From positions 53,568,001 to 53,632,000 of the forward strand of contig OX597814.1 of NCBI GenBank assembly GCA_951406725.2: 64,000 nucleotides of DNA, read 5' to 3'. This document shows, piece after piece, positions 53,101-64,000 of the stretch. Made by a program: the position numbers and the translations under genes. The notes under the pieces are model-generated. The model was not told the DNA's origin. It saw only the letters and a program-made list of their open reading frames with translations, and ran no database searches. Positions within the stretch are counted from its first letter, which is position 1. Each line of letters opens with the position of its first letter. The DNA comes from Octopus vulgaris. Lineage: Eukaryota.

Positions 53101-54079
53101 ATATATACACATATTGACATGTATATATACAGACGTACACGCGTTCGCGCATATATACAAAAGATATACATACATACACACATACACACACATACGCGCA
53201 CATATATCTATGAAGGGATAGGGGATGCCGAAAAAATTCGGAAAGTGGTGGTTGAATGATAAGGTTTCAAGATGACCATATATACAATAGCAAGAAGCCA
53301 AGTGTTTATATATATGTGCCTTTGTGTACATATATATATATATATATAAACATATGCGCTCACACGCACACACGCACACACACACATTTACACACACAAC
53401 TTGAAATCACAAATAATGGGAACACTCAGAATTCAAACAAACTGTTGTTACTTTTTGGGTTGGTGTTACGGTTGATTTATTTCAGAGAATCATAGCAGTT
53501 GTATTAAGATTCTCGATAGATTCTTTTAAGTATTCAGTAAGAAAAGGAAAGGTTGTCCATGACTTTTGATGTCTTTCGTTGATACGTGAAGTCGTTGAAG
53601 ATGAGAGCTAATCTTATCTTCTTTCTGCTTGTAGTGAAGACGTGGACGGGGAATGAATGTCAACTGGCTTCATGCTTGAGTTGGAAGGACTGAACGAAGA
53701 ATTTTGGACGAGAACAAAAGGTGAGTAACAGTAGCTTAAATGAATGGAAGAAGTATGAATGCATCTGTTTGGTTTCTGTGAAAGATTTTATGAAGCGTCC
53801 TAATTCAGAGCTGTTGATGTTATCATAGTGTATCGATAAAATTTCTGTAAGTGCAAGATGGCGGGCTGGCTGAATTGTTAACGAGTCGAACAAAATGCTT
53901 GGCGGTATTTCTTCCGACTTTACGTTCCATATTTTAGCTTTCTATAGCAATTCTAATATTGGTGGTTACGATGACGACGGCGATTGGTGAGAAGGAGGCG
54001 GGGAGGAGCAGTGAATCAAAATATTTTAATGGTAGCTATATTTTTGTACTTCTTGTAATATTTTGTATGTACGAAGGTC

Positions 54080-54290
54080 GGTGAGCTGGCAGAATCGTTA
54101 GCCACGCCGGGCAAAATGCTTACCAACATTTCCTCTGTATGTTCTGAGTTCAAATTGCGCCGAGGTCCACTTTGCCTTTCATCCTTTCGGAATCGATAAA
54201 ATAAGTATCAGTTAAACACTGGAGTCAATGAAATCCACCTGCCCCTCCCCCGAAATTGCTAGCCTTGTGCCAAAATTTGAAACCAATGTT
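54080..54290 (+). mobile_element. Deu/Nin-domain SINE
   Basis: gagctggcagaatcgttag...gccttgtgccaaaatttgaaacc. Confidence 0.9.
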
Positions 54291-54589
54291 TCTGTACATA
54301 TGTGACAAAGGAAATGAATTGCTTGGGTTGATTTAGACGGAAAGAAAAGAAATTCCGTTGAGTTTTCAAATAAAAAGAATTTTTATTTTTATTGTTAACA
54401 AACCATGTATTGTCGTTAATATCAACGACAAGAAAAGACGTTTATACCAACTTAGTTCAAAGTTCATATGAGATAAATAACCGTAGACGCCGTCGTATGA
54501 TTTTAGCAACTAACTGGTTTGGCTGTGTCGTTGTTGTGGTCATCCATTATCTTGACTGTTATGGACACTGCTCGCGGATGACCAGTTTA

Positions 54590-54720
54590 AAGCGTGTGTC
54601 ACTAATCGCAACTAACAGAGAGACACTTCTATTTATAGCGATTTTTCAAAGAGAAAACGGCGCCAAAAGTGGGAATTGTTTATGAAATCCTTGTGCGAGT
54701 GGTTATCACTGACGTCATCA
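54590..54720 (-). promoter_or_regulatory. Candidate promoter (CRE, E2F-like site, TATA, Inr-like TTAGT)
   Basis: TGACGTCA 54710-17; TTTTGGCGCC ~54659-68; TATAAAT 54631-37 on the minus strand. Confidence 0.35.
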
Positions 54721-55945
54721 ATAGTTGAGCGAATTTCGTTCATTTTGTTTACTTGTTTTTGCATCGTATGCACTGATTTCGGATCGATTTCTAGACATTG
54801 ATTTGGTATCTAGGATTGCCACATATTCCTGCTTGAGAACTCATTTTCCGGTGAAATAACTGGTAATAGTCAACTGAACAAAATAAGAATGGTGTAGGAA
54901 GTGACGATATGAAGTATGTACAAGAATGTGCATTAGGACAGAAATGTTGGTTAAATTACATAAATGGCCAGCCAGTGATGTAACTGAAAACAGCTGGAGT
55001 ATTGCCAGAAGACTTTTCTGTGGACTTTTAGTGCTATCTTATATGGGAAGCACTGCCCAAGTTTGAGGTACAAAAATCTGCACAGTCAAGAATGTGAAAA
55101 GTTGGTAAGAACCAGAAATGTAGTTGAAAGTTAGGCAGATTATGATTGTAAAAATGGTAGGAAAGATCGAATTGAGAATGCTCGTATGTATGTGAATCAG
55201 GTAAGTGCAACCAGATGGGCGAATGTGTGTGAGAGTGAATGTCTGAATGTGTGAACGTGTGTGAGTGAGTGAGTGAGTGAGTGAGTAATACATAGTTATA
55301 TACATTTACACCAGTGCAGTGTCTAGCTATGTGTCGCTAGTTAGCATATTCATATAAATTTGAATATGGTATCTGTAATCTATATTAATTTACATTGTAT
55401 AGTGAACCAATTCAGCTATTTGTAAGCTTAGGAATAAAAGCAGTTGAGGTTGGCGGGCATTTTCTAACCATAGTAATTTAACGTATACTTCTAACAATAA
55501 ATCTGCTTTCTAAGTTCCTGTGTGCGTGCTGTGCATGCGGCGCGTGCTTGTGTGCATGTTAAATTTGTGTGAATACATACATGTCGATATGTGAATACGT
55601 ACATGTCAGATACGTGCTTGTGCGGACAGAAAGAAAATGAAATCAATAAGAAAAGGCTAACCTTGTTGAAAATAAATGAACAAAAGCTTTTTCTTTTTTA
55701 ACTACTGCACTGGAAGAAGTAGTTGCTGGCTAAATCTATTTCTTGTCGCTGGAGCAAATAGAGGCATTAATGGAGGTGTTGATATTATTGAATCTATTTG
55801 TGTAGGCGGTAGGTTAATGTTGTTTGAGACTCAATGAGAGCCGATTTAAGGTGGTGATGCTGACTGAGTCTTTTTTGAAGGTCTTTGTCTCGTTTGGGGA
55901 TTTCATTGTTACATCAACTTAACCTGTTCCGAAAATCGTAGAAAT

Positions 55946-56068
55946 ATGAGGGAAATTGTACATGTACAAGCTGGACAGTGTAGAAATCAAATTGGTGCTA
56001 AGTTTTGGGAAGTAATATCAGATGGCATGGGAACAGGGAAAGCAACACGAGAAAGAGGAACTCATTGA
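55946..56068 (+). pseudogene. TUBB: Beta-tubulin 5' fragment (processed pseudogene-like)
   Basis: [26 protein letters not shown], then a 1-nt deletion in the EHG codons; ORF closes after 40 codons, so it is absent from the ORF track. Confidence 0.93.
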
Positions 56069-57431
56069 TCGCGATGGCGGATATCGGTGATGTTGAGTGT
56101 CGTATACTGACATCTTGTATGTATTTTCTGTTTTCGGAATATCTAATATATACACATATTTTCAATGATTTAGGGTCAATGATTTATCAACCTTTGATAT
56201 CATTATTGTTTCTGATTACATCTTGACTTTTTGATTTTAATTTAAATGTTAGTGTCACATTGCCGGAAGCTGGTAATAAGGATAGTAATAATGCATTAGC
56301 TCACAGTGGGCGTATTACTTTTAATTCTCCAATCAGCTGTTGTTTTTTCGAAACGGAAATGCTACTGACTACGATGGACAGATTAATTAAAATATGGTTC
56401 CATTTATCTGTTTCTTTCCTTTTGTTTTATAGGTTTTGTTTCTTTTTTTTTTAATGTTGAGGATGATGATAAATGATAATATTCTAAAAGAAAATCTTTA
56501 ATGATGATGTCGAGGATGATGATGATAACGATAATGACGACGATGATTACGAGGAGGAAAAGGAGGAGGTCACTGAGATGGTGACAGCGATGACGACGAC
56601 AATGACGATGTTGAAGCGTCATCAGTATCGTTACCATTATCATCGGCAGCAACTGCAGCTGCAGTATTAGCAGCAACGACAACGGCAATAACAGTTTCAT
56701 AACGTATCGACGATAACATCTATTTCCAGCTTCTTTCAAGACAGCCCTTGTGTCAGTTGCTCTCTTCTAGCCAGAGGAGTTGTTAAGAGATTTCTAGCGT
56801 CTTCGACAAACTGTAATTACTTTGCCATAAATACTATCATACCATCAGTTGTCATTGGGTACAGTTGTCACTCAAATATTCTATAGTTGTTGTGATAGTT
56901 GTTGTTGTAGTGGTGGTGGTAGTGGTGATGGTGAGTTGCGGTGACATTAGTGGTGATGGTGGTTGATTTTATAGTCCTCGTTGAGATTTTAATAGTTACT
57001 GTTACTGTGGTTGAGATAACGATTGTGATTTGCTGAAAATAGTAATCAATGTGACAATACTTGTCATTTTGACATCTGTTGTGATGATTATTCTCGCGGC
57101 ATGGTGATGGTGGCTGTAATTGATGAGGTGGTGGTTTATGGCTGTTATTATTGTAGCCGAGATTATGGGAGTGATGTTTAAATGGTCGGTTGTAATAGAG
57201 GTGTAGTAAATGAGCAGTGTCCACGATATCAGGTGTTTCGTCCGTAAAATCGTCACCATTGATATTCAGATTGAATTTCAACTAATTTCCTGCCGAAATA
57301 AAAAAAATTAACTAGAAGGAAATTCCAGGTGACTGCAGTTCCAGGGAGCAAGGATTAAAAAAAAGAAAATTTGTGGAGATTTGGATTGTCCAGGGATGTG
57401 GAAGCATCAATTGGGTATACATACATACATA

Positions 57432-57579
57432 CGTGTGGTAAGAAGCTTGCTTCCCAACCACATGGTTCCGGGTTCAATCCTACTACGTGGCACCTTGGGC
57501 AAATGTCTTCAACTATAACATCGGGTCGACCAAAGCCTTGAGAGTAGATTTGGTTGAGGGAAACTGAAAAAAGCTCGTC

Positions 57580-57619
<40 letters not shown>

Positions 57620-57845
57620 ATATGTGTATATTTGTGCGTTTGTGTTTGTGTTTGCTCCTCCATCATCACTTAACAACCGATGTTTATGTGTTCACGTCCC
57701 CGTAAAATAGCGGTTCGGCAAAAGACACTGATAGAATAGGTACTAGGCTTAAAAGAATAATTCATGGTGTCGATTTGTTTGACTAAAACCCCTTAAGGTG
57801 GTGCTCCAGCATAGCCGCAGTCAAATGACTACAGCAAGTGAAAGT
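57432..57845 (+). mobile_element. CORE-type SINE with internal (TA)n
   Basis: ggttccgggttcaatcc B box, ggcaccttgggcaaatgtct. Confidence 0.88.
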
Positions 57846-58039
57846 ATATATATATATATATACATACATACATACATACATACATACATACATACATACA
57901 TACATACATACATACATACATACGTATGTATATATGTATGTATGTATGTATGTAGCGAGACAGTCAGAGAGACAAAGAGATTGATATATGTATGTATGCA
58001 TTGCTACTCGATGCTAACACACACACATATAATCTTTTT

Positions 58040-58627
58040 GATGCGACTCTACTCTATACTGTTTTCTCTCCCATCCTTTTCTCTAATTCCCTTTTTCTTC
58101 CCTTCACAAATTTCTATCTTTCTCTCTCTCCCCATCTTTCTCTTTTTCTCTCTCTCGTTACTCACACGTGGCCATCGTCCATCTTTCTTTTCTTCACGTG
58201 ATTATCTTTCTTTTCATTCAGAACTGTCCTAAGGACTGGACGTATTCTATTTATCTCTTCTATCTTTTCTCTTTTCAAAGAAAATATTTCTCCTGCGTTC
58301 GCTATTTTACTCTCGTTCTGTTCTAATGACCCTCCTTGTTTGTTTTCGTTCGGTTTCCTTGTATCTCTCCACTGTCCTGTTTTTGCCCCCAACTTTGACC
58401 TTCCATAAATCGCAAATTTTATTTTGGTACTTACGGAAACAACCGTCTTCGAAGTCGCATATTGTCGTTCAGTGCTCGAAATGAGGAGTAGATAGACAGC
58501 TGACAACTGATGAAGGGTTATTCTTTGTGTTACTTGTCCTGTTTTCCATTTGTTTCTCTAGTTGTTTGCGTATTGAACTCATTTGTTTCCGTATTTCATA
58601 TTGTTTACTGTTGGTGACGTCCTGTAC

Positions 58628-58628
<1 letters not shown>
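58040..58628 (+). mobile_element. PLE-type 3' region ending in (TA)n
   Basis: CT-rich leader, cacgtg, GACAA-CTGATGA..TTGTC at ~58502-58539; layout parallels the 843-bp unit. Confidence 0.55.
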
Positions 58629-58671
<43 letters not shown>

Positions 58672-58677
<6 letters not shown>

Positions 58678-58830
58678 CAAATTTACAGAAAACAAAAGAC
58701 GAAGACGTGTAAGAACAACAAGCATGTGTATTAGTTTAACGCTCGGGAAGAATGGAAAAGTATTCTACAATTCGAGCTTACGCTCTTCGACAGAAGGGAT
58801 TAGGAGAAAAAAAATTAAAATATCTGAGAG
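58672..58830 (-). mobile_element. PLE-type 3' terminus, same family as 50952-51120
   Basis: aaacaaaagacgaagac...tcgagcttacgctcttcgacagaa. Confidence 0.72.
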
Positions 58831-59336
58831 AGAAAATTTTTTTTGTAGGGATTAAAGGCACATGCATTAGGGTTCACTTCGATTGCGTGGTACCTTAAAC
58901 AAGTGCCTTCTACTACAGCTTCGGGCTGACCAAATCCTTGTGGATTTTTGTGCCCCCCCCCCACTGTTTGACAATTAGAGGCTATTTGAATACGCACCAG
59001 GCTTTAAAAAAATAAGGACTGACAGTCGATACAGTTGACTAAAAATTCTTCAAAGTGTACAGATGATGATGGGTAAAACAAATTTTATGTCTTTACAACA
59101 TATTACAAGTATATATTTTTTCCTTTAAATCATACAAGCATAAATAGCAAAGCGCGCGCAGACGCACATATCTGCACACACATAAACATACAAGAGTGTG
59201 TAAATACATTAATTCCTTGTACTAATAACGAACGGAAAAGTATACGACTGTTACTTATTTTATCGATGCTGAGAAAAGTGATAAAACCGGGGCTAAGTTT
59301 ATTTTCTCAGCTTATTATTATTCAATGACGTATAGT

Positions 59337-59609
59337 CTTTTACTCTTTTACTTGTTTCAGTCATTTGACTGTGGCCATGCTGGAGCACCGCCTTTAGTCG
59401 AGCAAATCGACCCCAGGAATTATTCTTTGTAAGCCTAGTACTTATTCTATTGGTCTCTTTTGCCGAACCGCTGGGTTACGAGGACGTAAACACACCAGCA
59501 TCAGTTGTCAAGTGATGTTGGGGGGACAAACACAGACACACAAACACACCAGCATCGGTTGTCAAGCGATGTTGGGAGGACAAACACGCACACACACACA
59601 CACACACAT

Positions 59610-59644
<35 letters not shown>

Positions 59645-59795
59645 AAGTTTCCGTCTACCAAATCCACTCACAAGGCTTTGGTCGGCCCGAGGCTATAGTA
59701 GAAGACACTTGCCCAAGGTGCCACACAGTGGGACTGAACCCGGAACCATGTAGTTTGTAAGCAAGCTACTTACCACACAGTCACTCCTACGCCTA
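59337..59795 (-). mobile_element. CORE-type SINE with internal ~54-bp tandem duplication
   Basis: aaacacaccagcatc.gttgtcaag.gatgttggg occurs twice (~59488-59590). Confidence 0.9.
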
Positions 59796-59819
59796 TATGA
59801 ATACTAAACAAATACAAGG

Positions 59820-59898
<79 letters not shown>

Positions 59899-60166
59899 AC
59901 AAGACGATTTCCTGCTGATTTGCAAGTTTCCTTTATTTACCGTGAGTAATTAGTCCTTGTAAATAAGACGAGCAAGTTTTAGATTTGGTAACTGTGAAGC
60001 AAACAACCATATAGAAACTAATCACATTGCTTCTTTTTTTTTTTTTTTGCCTTTTTCGTTTGTTAATAACAAAATCAAAAAAGGAAAATACAGCAGCTAT
60101 GATATTGTAGGTCTTTCCAGAATAGCGATACTCATATGATTGATTTTTCAGATTGAACATATAGCT

Positions 60167-60560
60167 CGATGTTCCCCAATAAGAAAAATACTTGAGCGGG
60201 GAGGGAAGTCTAGTGGGGTGCATTTCTAGGGAGAAGAATTATCTTAAAAACAAGGATTTTCAACATGGAGCATACGTTCCATCGGCGGGGTCTGGGAAAA
60301 TTGTAATAAGACGCGGTACCGTAGTCGACAGGCACAAGGTTTGCATTAAAATGATTCACATTCTTTTTCTTAGTAAATAATGTACATTTTTTTATGTATT
60401 CTGTCTGTACTTAATAAAAGAGTTACTGGTTGATTCTTTTTGTATTAAATAATTATAAAATATCAAAAATAAAGTTGTTGTTTTTTCCAACCACCGGTGG
60501 GGCATACATTTTTCTAGAAAGTTATTGTAGCGCCTGGGAGAAAATAAGTTGAGAACACTG
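60167..60560 (+). mobile_element. hAT (Charlie-like) non-autonomous remnant
   Basis: 3' TIR-like aagttgagaacactg; RQAQGLH* resembles the Charlie transposase end; left end uncertain. Confidence 0.45.
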
Positions 60561-61169
60561 ATCTAAAACGTTTATTGCGGCATTTCAGAGATGCTAGGTG
60601 ATTCAGTGAATCTTTTTGTGAGTGAGTGAGTGAGTGAGTGAGTGAATGAGTGAGTGAGTGAGTGTGTGTGTGAGTGAGTGAGTGAGTGAGTGAGTGAGTG
60701 AGTGAACGAACCAGCGCGAGCGTGCGTGCGTTCATGAGTGTTCATAAATCAGATGAATGGATTTCTTGCCTTCCTTTCAATACGGTTGGTGCTATGTTGG
60801 TGCTATGTTGGTGCTATTGTTGCTTAGTTTGGGGTTTCATAAGCTGACAAATATTACACAAGTCTGCATTTTTAAATGAAGTAAATGATGATTGTCAACT
60901 TATACGTGATTGTGAACCATTTTTTAATGGTGATTTCAAATGTTTTTAGTTTTTGCCTTAAGCGTACAGATTTTGCACAAATGGCTGCCAAAGATAAGAT
61001 GATTTTTCCTGTCATTCATTCCTGTTTATGGGTGACTTTTAGATAAAAAATATGATGAAGTTAAGAACAAATGACTTGAACAATAATGAAAAAGATATGA
61101 ATAGCATGTAGGCTTACACATTGACTAAAAATATTTTCTTAATACACTTACCATGGCTTTAAAGTAATT

Positions 61170-63838
61170 TTAATCCTTTTCAAACTTCCTTTGCTTTGGT
61201 TTCCTTCCAGCTTTTGGTAGTTGCCTGCAGTCTCTCTTTAGGGTCCAGCAGTAACCCGCCATAATGCTTACATTCCTCCATACACACCATTGGTGCCTCC
61301 GCTCCATTTCTTTAATGTCCTGGTGAAATCTCTGACTGTGCTCTTCACTTAGATTACCAAGGTACTCCGGAAAATAATCGTAATGTGAGTGAAGAAAGTG
61401 CATTTTAACATTCATGTTGCACTCAAGCTTTTTGAAGTTTTGCAAAAAGCTATCAACTGTGACTTTGTAATTTGAACACTTATTGTTTCCCTAAAAGTTC
61501 TCGACAACATACTTGAAGCTCAACCATACCTGCTTTTGAGACTTATTCCAATATTCCTGCTTTAAATTTCTCACTGGTTATATTTGGGAACTTTTTTGAG
61601 AGATACTGCAAACATGGCTCATCTGCAGGCAAATATTTAACGAACTGTTTCATCAAACTCAAATTGATGTGCAAAGGTGGTAGCAGTACCTTTGTGCCGA
61701 ATGTCTTTTGATCCTGTTAACAAACTTCTCCTTTGTGGCCAGTTTTTAACCACCCAGTGCTTTTCTTTAGCTCTGATGTCCCATTCCTATAAGAAACATG
61801 CATTTTTGTGTAGCCTGCCTGCTGGCCTAAAAGCATACCTATAATTTTGAAAATTCCCACATTTGCCAGTGGTATTCTGCATACTTTATATTTAACAAAA
61901 GTTCTTTTACATTTTCATGTTTCCTTTAGTTGTACAGAATTTTCCACTAGAATGGATGAATACTTATTTTCATTGTGTAGCAAGACAGCCTTCAAGCTTC
62001 TTTTGGAGGAACCAATGAATAGCCTCCATTCTGAGAGATTGCTCTCGATCTCAAAATAGTTTAGCGAGTTTGGAATAGCATAGCAAAACACCAGATTCAT
62101 CCCCAACAAAGAATGGTAACAAGACGTGTTCTTTCATTTTTTTAGCCTATAACCAAGAAGTTCCGCTGCATTCTTTGGCAGGTTCAAATCTCTCACCAAA
62201 TCATTGAGCTCTTCCTGTGTGAATAACTGCAGACGTGCGATTTTCTCTTCTTCATTACTATCTGACGTGTAAAAACTAACAATTCCTTTGTATAAGCTTA
62301 GATTCGAAACCCAATCTTAGGATTCTCGCTCGTCTGAGACACCACTGACCAAATAGGCGCGAAAGAATTTTCTTTGTCCTGTCAAAAAATGACAAATCGT
62401 CTCCTTTTGACCTACGACCTCAGCCATGTCAGGCGAAGTTCAAATTGACAGGAGACGACCTATTTAGACACAATCTCTCCTGCTGTATGTCTGTCTTTCT
62501 AGCTGTCACGGCTGTTATAAATACCGTGGTCAGCAAAGGGACAGACAGAAAGAACCTGGGACGAAGACGGACGCGCACGAGATAGCCGACCAGTATTTTC
62601 TCAGATGAACGACGCACACACAGACACAAAACATATTCAGTTCTGCCACATCATATCACAGATGTATCCTGTTGTTTTTATTCTTCTCAACTCGTAGCAG
62701 TTGGCAACGAATTAATGTAGTGAAAAATTGTGTGCACCAACAGCAAATGCAATTCCCGTATATAAATTATTTAAACTATAAATCGATGTCATTCAATTAT
62801 CTATTTCGAAGGTATCCACATGCCTATCGCACCTGCTTACCTCAACACATTCTGATACACATCTTTAACCACTACATTTGGTGACCCCGTCAAATAATTG
62901 CAGTCTTCCCTTGAACCAGCTTCACCAACTTAATTGCATTTAGAAAATTAAGACATTTTTTGTACTGTGGTTAAATTTTACATTTCGGCACTACATTTGG
63001 TGATCCCGTCAAAGAATCACAGCTTTCACATCAACCGGCAATGAATTAGAACTGGAAAATTCCAGCGACCAATCGGCACATAATGGCTCTCCCAGAACAG
63101 AACCCAGCGGCGAACACATCCACGGTCGACATGGCATTCCAGGCAGCGATTCCTTCCGCCAATCCTTTCCTTTCGTCGTCCAGTGCTTCGGAACTTTCCG
63201 ACTTGCGTGCATTGGTGACTCAGCGGGTGTCACAGATATAGGCCCTGACAGAGCAGATACAGGCCCTATCACTTGGTACAATACAAATCCCGTATATAAA
63301 TTATTTAAACTATAGAGCGATGTCATTCCATTATTTACTTCGAAGGCATCCACATGCCTATCGCATCTATATACCCCAATACATTCTGATACACACCTTT
63401 AACCACTACAGATGTAACATTCTTCAAAGCAAGTGGTGGAAGAGGAATGTCAACCCCATGTGCAACAGACCGCATAGCCGAGGAAATACTATGATACACT
63501 ATCTTATGTTTATTTTTTGCACTGTACCCATCAACTTTAGTAATGCAGAAATAATCGTCAGCGTGGTTACTTGGCTCTCGCCACACCATTGGTATACCAA
63601 AGGGCATTTCTTTTGTCTTTCCAGAATCTCTTTCGTCTTTCCCTTCCACACAAGTGTGACATGCTTTGTGTAGAGTCCAAGGTTTGTCTTCATCACTAAG
63701 TTTAACACCAAAATAAGCGAAGTATAAATTTTTTACAAGATCAATCATATTTTATCTCTGCTTAATGACAACATATCTGCCACAAATGTAGCCGAATATG
63801 TCTGGATTGTTCACGCACTTACGTCTATATGCACTCAT
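61170..63838 (-). pseudogene. Chapaev3-like (CMC) transposase pseudogene, interrupted by an LTR element
   Basis: CVNNPDIFGYICG, FGIPMVWREP, ELNDLVRDLNL, EWRLFIGSSKRSLKAVLLHN, LPPLHI, HFLHSH..SEEHSQRFHQDI. Confidence 0.88.
62268..63410 (+). mobile_element. Gypsy-type LTR retrotransposon remnant
   Basis: LTR TGTA..TACA 62268-62876 with TATAAA ~62516; PBS TGGTGACCCCGTC 62879-91; partial 3' LTR ~63285-63410; 4-bp TSD GACG/GATG. Confidence 0.87.
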
Positions 63839-64000
63839 TTTAAAGGGAGTTTATAAGTATCACCAACGACGCCTCTAAACTAGTAAAACAACACTAAAGC
63901 ATCAGTTAGCAATTCTGTACACAGCTTTTCAAGGTCACGTCGTCTGTCAGAGTTGCCAACAACTGTTTAATAAACTTTATATTGGCTGCTAGTCAGCATT

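Noticed and set aside
56868-57281. 137-aa His/Asn/Thr-rich ORF
   Set aside because: Low-complexity decayed trinucleotide sequence with no recognisable domain.
63009-63353. 114-aa minus-strand ORF as part of the transposase
   Set aside because: It lies wholly within the nested LTR element and is antisense to it.

Overview
AT-rich eukaryotic DNA saturated with microsatellites and repeats. The repeat families (Deu/Nin-domain, CORE-type and V-type tRNA SINEs, long (TA)n/(GATA)n/(TAA)n tracts) suggest an octopus or other coleoid cephalopod, which is inference. I see no intact host gene, and most ORF-track entries are translated microsatellites. Recognisable content: many SINEs; decayed RTE, Tx1/L1, R4/Dong and Penelope-like (PLE) retroelements; a TIR-bounded Tc1 (DD34E); maT (DD37D) and mariner remnants; a CACTA-type MITE; a non-autonomous Helitron; a Chapaev3-like transposase interrupted by a Gypsy-type LTR remnant; and a 5'-only intronless beta-tubulin fragment. 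Most notable are (i) a minus-strand RNA motif at 10.26-10.47 kb with all hammerhead core nucleotides in a non-standard order, (ii) (TA)n-embedded PLE-type termini with variant hammerheads, including a perfect 99-bp-arm palindrome and an 843-bp tandem array of 2.9 copies, and (iii) a SINE subfamily whose 3' tail matches the 3' end of the Tx1-like LINE in this window. Family assignments are by-eye motif recognition, and boundaries of decayed elements are approximate.
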